Positions 27,461 to 35,205 of a stretch of 62,121 nucleotides of DNA are shown in pieces; positions within the stretch are counted from its first letter, which is position 1; the number at the start of each line of letters is the position of its first letter. Source of the DNA: Polyangiaceae bacterium. GTDB taxonomy: Bacteria > Myxococcota_A > Polyangia > Polyangiales > Polyangiaceae. The position numbers were made by a program, and so were the translations under genes. The notes below the pieces were generated by a model, which was given only the letters and a program-made list of their open reading frames with translations, was not told the origin of the DNA and did no database searches. Where the stretch lies: contig JAPSGB010000028.1 in the NCBI GenBank assembly GCA_035063585.1, forward strand, positions 1 to 62,121, given 5' to 3'.

Positions 27461-29896
27461 TCAACGCGTACGTCGGCGCGCGAGCGCGGCGAGCGCCGCG
27501 AGCGCCGCGAGCGCGGCGAGCGGATGGAGCCAGGTTGCCGCGCGCGACGGCGACGCGGCGCAGCCGCCGCGCGCCATCACCTCGCCGGTCGCGGCGCCGT
27601 CATCGACCGCGATCGGTAGAGTGCGCGCGAGGAGCGGGGCTCCGTCGAAGGTGACGCGCACGCCGAGCGCGGCGCCCCCGCTTCGGGCCGGCGCGCTCAC
27701 TCGGAAGCGCCAGAGCCCGGGCGCGACGCGCGCGAGCGGCTCTGCGAGGAGGCCTCCGGTCGTGCGGAGCGCGAGCCGCGAGGCGTCGAACCCGTCGGCG
27801 ATCCGCCCCGCCGCGTCACGCAGCTGGACGACACCCTCGAGCGGCCACGCCGGATCCGGACGCGCGAAGCTCCCGGCGAGGACGAGGCGGCTCCGCGCAG
27901 CCGACGGAAGCCGGGGCTCCGCGCGCGCCTCCCGCTCGAGCGCGTCGAGCGTGCCCGCGAGATCGAGCATGCCCGCACCGAGCTGAGGCTCGAGCGGCGC
28001 CGCGCCGCCGAGCGCGCGCGCGCCGGCCTGGACGAGGGCGCGCGCTCGCTCCGCGGTGAGCCCCGGCTCGCGCTCGAGCAGGAGCGCGATCGCGCCGCTC
28101 ACCACCGGCGCGGCCATCGAGGTTCCCGTGGCCACCGCGTGATGCGGGTCGACCACGAGGCACCCGGGCTCCCCCTCACAGAGCGCTCCGCTGCCGAACA
28201 GACTCGCCGGGTTCGCGCTCGGCTCCGCGCCGCGCGCCATCGCCGCGATCACGAACGCGCCGGGGGCGAGGATGTCGGGTTTGAGCGCGCCCGCCGCGGT
28301 CGGCCCGGCGCCGCTGAAGAATGCGACCGAGTCCGGGGTGGGGCGCGCGGCCGCGCCGAAGCTCGTCACGGAGACGCGCTCGCCCGCGCGATCGACCCAG
28401 CTGGTTCGGTTCAGGGTCGCGCCGACCGCGATGACCGCGGGGCTCGTGGCGGGGACTCCGATCGTGCCCTCCTTGGTCGCGCGCGGGAAGAGCGCGCCGC
28501 CGCTCCCGCTCGACGGCGCGAGCTCGCCGGTGCTCTCGACCCAGAGCTCGGCCGTGCCGTGACCCTCGAAGCGCAGCGCGAACACGCTCCCCGAGGGCCA
28601 CTCGCCGTCCAGCACCACGACCGCGCCGTTCGAGCTCGTGAGCAGGCTCGAGCCGCCGACCACGCCGTTGAACACCGAGACGGTCGCCTTGCCATCCTTC
28701 GAGCCAGCGGAGCTGCCCGGCGAGATGGGCGGCATCCACTCTCCGTCGGCGCGGTCGACCCCGACCGAGACCCGATCGCCTGGACGAAATTCGGCCCACA
28801 CATACACCGTCGCGCGGGTGGTCGGTTTCCCGGTCGGCATGCTGAGCAGCGGGACCCGCACGCTCGAGGAGCGCGGGACATGCACCTCGGTGTGGATGCC
28901 GAGCGGCATGGGATAGTCGCTCGCGGTCCGATAGACGCCTCCGCTGTTACCCGCCGCGACCACGATGGCGCGACCCGGCGAGTCGGGACCGACCCAGGCA
29001 GCGAGCGCGGTCTCGACCGGCGAGCTGCCGTCGTGCGGCCCGAAATCGCTGCCGAGGCTGAGGTTGGCGACCGCGGGCATGCCCATCGCCTGGGCGCGCT
29101 CGAACACGAAGCGGGTGCCGAGGAGCGCGTCGGAGTCGTAGATCGCGCCGCTCGCGGTGCGCGACACGCGCGCGATCACCAGCGTGGACTCCGGCGCGAC
29201 CCCGACGTAGCGCGCGGGCGCGCTCGCCAGGCCGTTTCCCGCCGCGATCGAGGCGACGTGCGTCCCATGGCCGAGGACGTCGTCCGGCTCGTTGCCGGCG
29301 ACTTCGTCTTCGATGAGACGATCGAGATCCGCCGCGCCGTAAATCGCGCACGGCGTGCTCTCGACGGTGCAGCCGTAGTCGCGCTCGAGCTCGGGGTGTA
29401 GACTTGCCGGCTTACGCGAGACGTCGAGCAGCCAGGCGACGCGCGTGCGGCCGTCGGCCGCTCGCAAGTCCGCGTGCGAGACGTCGATCCCGGTGTCGAC
29501 GATGCCGACCACCACTCCCTTGCCGGTGAGCCCGGTCGCGCCGCGGAAGCTCGCGCCGCCAATCCACCCATCGACGCGGTCGAGCAGGGCGCGGCGCGGC
29601 GGTGCCCAGGTCATCGTGAGCTCGGGATGCGCGGCTCCGAAGCGCGCGAGCGCTTCGCTGTCTCCAGTGAGGCCAGCCACGCCGGGCGCGAGCGGCACGA
29701 GGCCGAGCGACCGCGGGTCACGCCCCGACGGCAGCTCGACCACGGCCGAAATCCGCGCCGAACCGGCAATCCCATAGGGCTCCGGCGAGAGCTCGCGGGC
29801 GAGGCGAGCCACCGCGCGCGCGTCGAGCTGGGCGTGGGCGACGACGGGGAACGTCACCGCGGCGAGCGCGAGGAGCCACGCCGCGCGCGCCATCAC
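27461..29896 (-). CDS. S8 (subtilisin-like) serine peptidase with MYXO-CTERM-like tail
   Basis: Catalytic triad motifs IVDTG, GHGTHVASIAAG, GTSMAAP; C-terminal GGC, hydrophobic stretch, RRRTR. Confidence 0.93.
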   Translation of the reverse strand: MMARAAWLLALAAVTFPVVAHAQLDARAVARLARELSPEPYGIAGSARISAVVELPSGRDPRSLGLVPLAPGVAGLTGDSEALARFGAAHPELTMTWAPPRRALLDRVDGWIGGASFRGATGLTGKGVVVGIVDTGIDVSHADLRAADGRTRVAWLLDVSRKPASLHPELERDYGCTVESTPCAIYGAADLDRLIEDEVAGNEPDDVLGHGTHVASIAAGNGLASAPARYVGVAPESTLVIARVSRTASGAIYDSDALLGTRFVFERAQAMGMPAVANLSLGSDFGPHDGSSPVETALAAWVGPDSPGRAIVVAAGNSGGVYRTASDYPMPLGIHTEVHVPRSSSVRVPLLSMPTGKPTTRATVYVWAEFRPGDRVSVGVDRADGEWMPPISPGSSAGSKDGKATVSVFNGVVGGSSLLTSSNGAVVVLDGEWPSGSVFALRFEGHGTAELWVESTGELAPSSGSGGALFPRATKEGTIGVPATSPAVIAVGATLNRTSWVDRAGERVSVTSFGAAARPTPDSVAFFSGAGPTAAGALKPDILAPGAFVIAAMARGAEPSANPASLFGSGALCEGEPGCLVVDPHHAVATGTSMAAPVVSGAIALLLEREPGLTAERARALVQAGARALGGAAPLEPQLGAGMLDLAGTLDALEREARAEPRLPSAARSRLVLAGSFARPDPAWPLEGVVQLRDAAGRIADGFDASRLALRTTGGLLAEPLARVAPGLWRFRVSAPARSGGAALGVRVTFDGAPLLARTLPIAVDDGAATGEVMARGGCAASPSRAATWLHPLAALAALAALAALARRRTR

Positions 29897-31422
29897 ACCG
29901 GCGGGACCAGGTGCTTCTTCGGAGGCCGCGCCTCGACCTTGTCCGCGTAGCGGGCGAATCGCGCGGAGAGATCGGTCCGCAGCCGCTCGAACGGCACGAT
30001 GTCGTCGATCACGAGCTCGCTCGCGAGCTTGAAGAGATCCACGTCCTCCCGGTACTCCTCACGGAGCTTCTGCACGAAGGCCTCGCGCGCCGGGCCCTCG
30101 GGCACCTCTTGGATCTTGTTGAAGTAGACCGCGTTGACCGCCGCTTGCGGGCCCATCACGGCGATCGACGCGCTCGGCAGCGCGACGCAGGCGTCGGGCT
30201 CGAAGGCCGGCCCGCACATGGCGTAGAGCCCGGCGCCGTAGGCCTTGCGGACGATGACGCTCACCTTCGGCACCGTCGCCTCGCTCACCGCCGCGATCAT
30301 CTTGGCGCCCGCGCGGATGATGCCTTGCCGCTCGACCTTGGTGCCGATCATGAAGCCGGGCACGTCCGCCAAGTAGAGGAGCGGGATGTTGAAGGCGTCG
30401 CAGAGCCAGATGAAGCGCGCCGCCTTGTCGGCGCTGTCCACGAAGAGCACGCCGCCGAGGTACTTCGGCTGATTGGCCACCACGCCGACCGCGCGCCCCT
30501 CGATACGCGCGAACCCGGTGATCATCTCCTTGGCGAAGCGCTTCTTCACCTCGACGAAGCTGTCCTCGTCGACGATGCGATCGATCACGTCCTTCATGTC
30601 GAAGGGCTTGTTCTCGTCGGGGACGATCACCTCGGCGAGTGATTTCGCCGCGGGCGCCGCCGGGCGCGCGGCCATGAGCGCGGGCTTGTCGAGGTAGCTC
30701 TGCGGCATATACGCGAAGTAGCTCTTGGCGTACGCGATCGCCTCGGGCTCAGTCTTCACGAGCGCGTCCCCGCAGCCCGAGACGCTCGTGTGCATCTTGG
30801 CGCCGCCCATCTCCTCGAGGGTGACGCGCTCGCCGATGACCATCTCGGCCATGCGTGGCGACCCGAGATACATGCTGGCGTTGCCGTCGACCATGATGAC
30901 CACGTCGCAGAAGGCCGGGATATACGCGCCACCCGCCGCGCTCGGCCCGAACAGGAGGCAAATCTGCGGGACCTGCCCGCTCAGCGAGACCTGGTTGTAG
31001 AAGATGCGCCCCGCGCCCCGGCGGCCCGGGAACATCTCGATCTGATCGGTGATGCGCGCGCCCGCCGAGTCGACCAGGTAAAAGAGCGGGCAGCGCATCT
31101 TTGCGGCCGACTCCTGGATCCGCAGGATCTTCTCGACCGTGCGCCGTCCCCACGAGCCGGCCTTGACGGTCGAGTCGTTCGCCATGAGCGCGACCGGGCG
31201 GCCATCGATGGTGGCGGTGCCGGTGACGACGCCGTCGGCGGGCAAGTCACTCGCGAGCACGTTGGCGAGGAGCGCGTCCTCCACGAACGAGCCGTCGTCG
31301 ACCAGGAGCCGGATGCGCTCGCGCGCGAAGAGCTTGCCCTGCTTCGCGTTCGACTGGTGGTACTTCTCGGCGCCGCCCCGGCGAACCCGGACGGCGTGTT
31401 CTTCGAGCTTCTCGTCCTTCAT
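29893..31422 (-). CDS. Acyl-CoA carboxylase carboxyltransferase (beta) subunit
   Basis: GKLFARERI, DSAGAR, AAGGAY, EEMGGA, DVPGFMIG, RKAYGAG, KKHLVPPV. Confidence 0.93.
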   Translation of the reverse strand: MKDEKLEEHAVRVRRGGAEKYHQSNAKQGKLFARERIRLLVDDGSFVEDALLANVLASDLPADGVVTGTATIDGRPVALMANDSTVKAGSWGRRTVEKILRIQESAAKMRCPLFYLVDSAGARITDQIEMFPGRRGAGRIFYNQVSLSGQVPQICLLFGPSAAGGAYIPAFCDVVIMVDGNASMYLGSPRMAEMVIGERVTLEEMGGAKMHTSVSGCGDALVKTEPEAIAYAKSYFAYMPQSYLDKPALMAARPAAPAAKSLAEVIVPDENKPFDMKDVIDRIVDEDSFVEVKKRFAKEMITGFARIEGRAVGVVANQPKYLGGVLFVDSADKAARFIWLCDAFNIPLLYLADVPGFMIGTKVERQGIIRAGAKMIAAVSEATVPKVSVIVRKAYGAGLYAMCGPAFEPDACVALPSASIAVMGPQAAVNAVYFNKIQEVPEGPAREAFVQKLREEYREDVDLFKLASELVIDDIVPFERLRTDLSARFARYADKVEARPPKKHLVPPV

Positions 31423-31435
31423 GGCGGGGCCAGGA

Positions 31436-32344
31436 TTAGCGGACTATGCGCTCCTCTACCAGCCGATCCAACAGCGCCTGGAGCTCATCGAGCCGCGCAG
31501 AGGAATAGCCGACCAGGACGTCGCGCACGACGCCCGCGCGATCGATGACGAACAGGGTCGGCAGCGCGGTCGCGCGATACGCGAGCGAGGTGCGCCCGGT
31601 GTCGTCCGACGCGATGGGGTAGGCCATGCCGAGCTGCGAAGCTGCGAGCGCCGCGCGCTCGACCGGCTCGGTGGTGATCCCGAGGAGCTCGACGCCCTGG
31701 CCGGCGTAGCGGCGCTGCCAGGCGTTCATGGTCGGCGCGAGCACCCGGCACACCATGCACCAGCTCGCCCAGAACTCGACCACGACGACCTTGCCGCGGA
31801 GCGCCGCGAGGCGCGGCGTGAGGCTGCCCTGCGCGGGCTTCAGCGACCCGAGGCTCGGCGCCGGGAGCCCGACGTAGGTCTTTCGCATCAGCTCGTCGGT
31901 CGAGGGGCGCGGCGCGAGGCGCACCGCGAGGAGGCGCTCCGCCTCGCCGCGGCGCACCCCGAGCGCGGCGCGCTCACCCGCGGCGCGAGCGCCGATGAGC
32001 CCCACGAGCTCTGCGGGCGAGTCGACCCGACGGCCATCGATGGTGAGGATCCGGTCGCCCGGAGCGAGCCCGGCCGTCGCCGCGGGCGAGCCGCGCATCA
32101 CTCCGCGGACGAGCACGCCCGCCAGGCCGGCGGGTACCGTGGCGAGCTCGACGCCGAGCCACGCGGGCGCGCCGCTGAGCTCGCCGGGCGCGGGCTCCGG
32201 CTCCTCGGGCGGGTCAGGCGCCGCGAGGCTGAGAGCGGGCGGAGGGGGCTCGGCCGGCGTGGCGGCCGGAGCGAGGCTCGCGCTGCCTCCGCAGCTCACG
32301 GTCACGAGCGTCGCGATGACCACGAGCGCGGCGCGAGGCGTCAC
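31436..32344 (-). CDS. PDZ plus TlpA/ResA-like thioredoxin lipoprotein
   Basis: GTG 32344 start with lipobox-like VSC; PDZ (WLGVEL...GSPAATAGLAPGDRI); EFWASWCMVC; PTLFVIDRAG. Confidence 0.88.
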   Translation of the reverse strand: MTPRAALVVIATLVTVSCGGSASLAPAATPAEPPPPALSLAAPDPPEEPEPAPGELSGAPAWLGVELATVPAGLAGVLVRGVMRGSPAATAGLAPGDRILTIDGRRVDSPAELVGLIGARAAGERAALGVRRGEAERLLAVRLAPRPSTDELMRKTYVGLPAPSLGSLKPAQGSLTPRLAALRGKVVVVEFWASWCMVCRVLAPTMNAWQRRYAGQGVELLGITTEPVERAALAASQLGMAYPIASDDTGRTSLAYRATALPTLFVIDRAGVVRDVLVGYSSARLDELQALLDRLVEERIVR

Positions 32345-32366
32345 GCGCGCGTGGTACCATGCGCGC
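32345..32366. promoter_or_regulatory. Near-palindromic bidirectional extended -10 element between divergent genes
   Basis: GCGCGC-GTGGTACCAT-GCGCGC gives TGGTACCAT (+) and TGGTACCAC (-), each 6 nt before a proposed start codon. Confidence 0.5.
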
Positions 32367-32915
32367 CTGCGCCGCGCAGCCTCGCCCCGAACCCTCGCCA
32401 CGTGCGCGGCGCTCGTCGCCGCGCTCGAGGGCGCGTGCCAGCCCGCCGCGGGGGCCGCGGTTGGGCGCTCGAGCGCGCGCGAAGCGAACCGCGAGCCGAG
32501 CCGGCGCGCGTCTCCTCCGGTCGCGCGCCGCCGCTGGGAGGGGTTCGAGCGGATGCGGAGCTGGGCTCCGCTCGGCGAGCCCTTCCCGTCGCGCGACCAC
32601 GCGCTCGGGCGATATGTCGCGAGCTTGTACGTGAGCCCCGAGGCGCGCGAGGCGTATCGGACCCTGACGTCGTCCACGGTGCTGCCGCGGGGCGCGATCC
32701 TCGCCGAGCGGCTCGACGAGCCGGGGAGCGGGCGTCCGGTGGCGTTCTACGCGATGCAGAAGGCGGAGGACGGACGCTGGCGCTACCTGGTCGTCGGGCC
32801 GAGCGGCGAGCTCCAGCCGGGCTCGACCGAGCTCTGCCAGCGGTGCCACGCCGAGGCGCCGGGCGACGAACTCTACGGCGTGCCGCCGGGCGTCGCGACG
32901 ACGGCCTCGGACTGA
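32367..32915 (+). CDS. Cytochrome P460/c'-beta-like c-type heme lipoprotein
   Basis: C-terminal CQRCH; LPRGAILAE, YAMQK..GRWRY beta-strand pattern; lipobox-like GAC. Start inferred at CTG 32367. Confidence 0.7.
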   Translation: MRRAASPRTLATCAALVAALEGACQPAAGAAVGRSSAREANREPSRRASPPVARRRWEGFERMRSWAPLGEPFPSRDHALGRYVASLYVSPEAREAYRTLTSSTVLPRGAILAERLDEPGSGRPVAFYAMQKAEDGRWRYLVVGPSGELQPGSTELCQRCHAEAPGDELYGVPPGVATTASD

Positions 32916-33063
32916 CGAGGGCCAGAGGCGCCGGGGCGCGGGCGCAGGCGCGACGCCGGCCGCGCCGCCCCAACAAGACCCTCCCGGGGAATCGGCGCGG
33001 GGCTGCGCGCGTTTCCTCTCGAGAATGACGAGACCGCGCCGCGCGAGCCGAAGCGCCGGGCGA

Positions 33064-33100
33064 CAAAAGAACGAAAACCCGGCGGCGGCAACCGTCGGGT
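33064..33100 (-). terminator. Intrinsic terminator
   Basis: Minus strand reads ACCCGACGG-TTGCCG-CCGCCGGGT followed by TTTCGTTCTTTT. Confidence 0.75.
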
Positions 33101-33253
33101 CTCCGAGCGCGGGTCGGAGCCCGCAAGTCAAGTGAAGGTGAAGCGAAGGAAGGAGCGCGTCAGGCGGAAGGAAGTAGAACCTGGCGCGATTTCTCGAAAG
33201 GCAAGCGACTGAAGGAAGTTCGCCGAAGCCTGACCCCGGCAGCGTAAGCGGTA
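33064..33253 (-). ncRNA. Candidate sigma54-dependent small RNA (about 190 nt) with three CUUCCUUC motifs
   Basis: Bounded by a -24/-12 promoter and a terminator; several hairpins; no credible ORF. Confidence 0.6.
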
Positions 33254-33263
33254 CTCGCTGCTA

Positions 33264-33279
33264 AGCAGGGCGCGTGCCA
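33264..33279 (-). promoter_or_regulatory. Sigma54 (-24/-12) promoter TGGCAC-GCGCC-CTGCT
   Basis: Matches TGGCAC-N5-TTGCW with one mismatch and exact GG-N10-GC spacing. Confidence 0.75.
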
Positions 33280-33434
33280 GTCGACGGTAGGGCGCGCCAG
33301 CGCCACGGGTCTCCTTGGATTTTTCGCGCGGCTCTCGATCTCGCTCAGTACGCGCCGGGGCATCGCTGTCACGGACCCATCGCGACCTCGCAAGCGTTGC
33401 ACACCCACCCGCGGTGAGGAGGGCGCGGGCGAGC

Positions 33435-34271
33435 TCACGCGCCGATGGCGGCGCGGAGCGCCTCGTCCATGGCCGCGAGCGGCGCCGGGTGACCGGTGTA
33501 GAGCTCGAACTGGCGCGCGGCTTGGTGGAGCAGCATCCGCCCGCCGTTCACGGTGGGGCAGCCGGCACGCCGCGCGGCGCGCACCAGCTCGGTGTCGAGC
33601 GGCTTGTAGACGATGTCCATCACGACCAGCGCGGGGTGGAGCAGGCCGGGCGGCAGCGGCGACGCGGCGCCGTACTCGGCCATGCCCGCGGAGGAGCCGT
33701 TGACGAGCACGTCGAGATCGTCGAGCGCGCGGAGGTCGTCGAGCCCGCACGCGCTCGGGTCGGCCTCCGGGAAGGCCGCTCGGAGCGCGGCGGCGAGCGC
33801 TTCGGCGCCGGCGCGGGTGCGGTTGGCGAGGCGCACACGCATGCCCTCGCTCGCGAGCGAGTACGCCACCGCGCGCGCTGCGCCGCCGGCTCCGAGGACG
33901 AGCGCGCGCTTGCCGGTGAGCGCGGTCACTTCCTCGAGCGCCCGCGCAGCGCCCCAGGCGTCGGTGTTGAAGCCGGTGAGCACGCCCGCGTCGTTCACTA
34001 CGGTGTTGACCGCGCCGATCCGCTCCGCGAGCGGGTCCAGCCGGTCGACCAGCGGGATGATGTCGAGCTTGAACGGCATCGACACGCCGAACCCGCGGAT
34101 CCCGAGCGCCCGCATTCCGCGGAGCGCGCCCTCCAAATCCTCGGTGGCGAACGGGACGTAGGTGAACGGCAGTCCGAGCGCGGCGTAACCCGCGCGGTGC
34201 ATCGCCGCGCCGAGCGACACCGGGTGGCGCGAGAGCGATCCGCAGAGTGTGACCGGCGCGGCTTCGACCAT
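33435..34271 (-). CDS. aroE: Shikimate dehydrogenase
   Basis: ATG 34271 with GGAGG RBS; VSMPFK, IGAVNT, GFNTD, GAGGAARA, NRT, DIVYKP, MLLHQA. Confidence 0.93.
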   Translation of the reverse strand: MVEAAPVTLCGSLSRHPVSLGAAMHRAGYAALGLPFTYVPFATEDLEGALRGMRALGIRGFGVSMPFKLDIIPLVDRLDPLAERIGAVNTVVNDAGVLTGFNTDAWGAARALEEVTALTGKRALVLGAGGAARAVAYSLASEGMRVRLANRTRAGAEALAAALRAAFPEADPSACGLDDLRALDDLDVLVNGSSAGMAEYGAASPLPPGLLHPALVVMDIVYKPLDTELVRAARRAGCPTVNGGRMLLHQAARQFELYTGHPAPLAAMDEALRAAIGA

Positions 34272-34293
34272 GCCTCCCGAGTACCACGGCGCC

Positions 34294-34396
34294 GGGACGT
34301 CGAGCGCCGCCCGAGTGAGGCGCGCCGGGCCGGTCCTCCTGTTTCCACGCCGGCACGTCGAGGTGCGGGACGTCGAGCGCCGCCCGAGTGAGGCGC
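34294..34396. repeat. 30-bp direct repeat (GGGACGTCGAGCGCCGCCCGAGTGAGGCGC) x2 with 43-bp spacer
   Basis: Copies at 34294-34323 and 34367-34396. Confidence 0.85.
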
Positions 34397-34611
34397 TCCC
34401 GGGGGGTGGTCGGTCCGGCGCGGCCGGCGGCGGGCCGCGCCGCCGGTCGAGCGGCTCGGCGCGCCGGCGCGGCGCTCCCGCGTCGCCGAGCTCGAGAATG
34501 GCGCAAGCTTCGGTAGTCATTGATGAACTCGACCACCGAACCGCCGAGCGGCGCGGCTGCGGTTTACGTGTTGGTGCGCCGCTCGAACGTGCTATGTACT
34601 CGCTCCCGTTC

Positions 34612-34685
34612 GCGCCCGTAGCTCAGCTGGATAGAGCACCGGTCTACGGAACCGGTTGTCGGAGGTTCGAATCCTCCCGGGCGCG
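34612..34685 (+). tRNA. tRNA-Arg (ACG)
   Basis: GCGCCCG acceptor stem, anticodon loop CTACGGA, GGTTCGAATCC T-arm; CCA not encoded. Confidence 0.97.
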
Positions 34686-34712
34686 CCCAAGGGCGACTCC
34701 GTTCGCGACGCG

Positions 34713-35177
34713 ATGAACGACGAAGCGTGGATGCGCGAGGCGCTCGTCGAGGCCGCCGCGGCCGCGGCGCACGCGGACGTGCCGGTCGGCGCGGTGCTCG
34801 TCGACGCGAGGGGCGCGGAGCTCGCTCGCGGCCACAACCGGCGAGAGCTCGACGGCGATCCGACCGCGCACGCCGAGCTCGTCGCGCTCCGCGCGGCGGC
34901 GGCACGGCGCGGGCACTGGCGCCTCGACGACTGCACCTTGTACGTGACGCTCGAGCCCTGCGCGATGTGCGCGGGCGCGCTCGTGAACGCGAGGATCGCG
35001 CGGCTCGTGTTCGCCGCGACCGATCCCAAGGCCGGCGCCGTGCGCTCACTCTTCCGGATCGGCACGGACCCGCGGCTGAACCACCGCTTCCCGAGCGAAG
35101 CCGGGCTCCTCGCCGAGGAGTCTGCCGCGGCGCTCCGGCAGTTCTTCGCGACGCTGCGCGCGGCGGGCGAGCGCTGA
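34713..35177 (+). CDS. tadA: tRNA adenosine(34) deaminase
   Basis: VPVGAVLV, DPTAHAE, LYVTLEPCAMCAGA, DPKAGA, RLNH. Confidence 0.95.
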   Translation: MNDEAWMREALVEAAAAAAHADVPVGAVLVDARGAELARGHNRRELDGDPTAHAELVALRAAAARRGHWRLDDCTLYVTLEPCAMCAGALVNARIARLVFAATDPKAGAVRSLFRIGTDPRLNHRFPSEAGLLAEESAAALRQFFATLRAAGER

Positions 35178-35205
35178 GGTCGGGCGCGCGGGCGGCGCGG
35201 AAGGC

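Noticed and set aside
33130..33220. Plus-strand CsrB/RsmZ-like RNA from GGA-rich motifs
   Set aside because: The sigma54 promoter and U-tract terminator both point to the minus strand.
34294..34396. Mini-CRISPR or att site near tRNA-Arg
   Set aside because: Two copies only, no match to the tRNA 3' end, and no integrase nearby.
33160..34536. 458-aa minus-strand ORF
   Set aside because: Arg/Pro-rich alternative frame overlapping aroE and the sRNA candidate.
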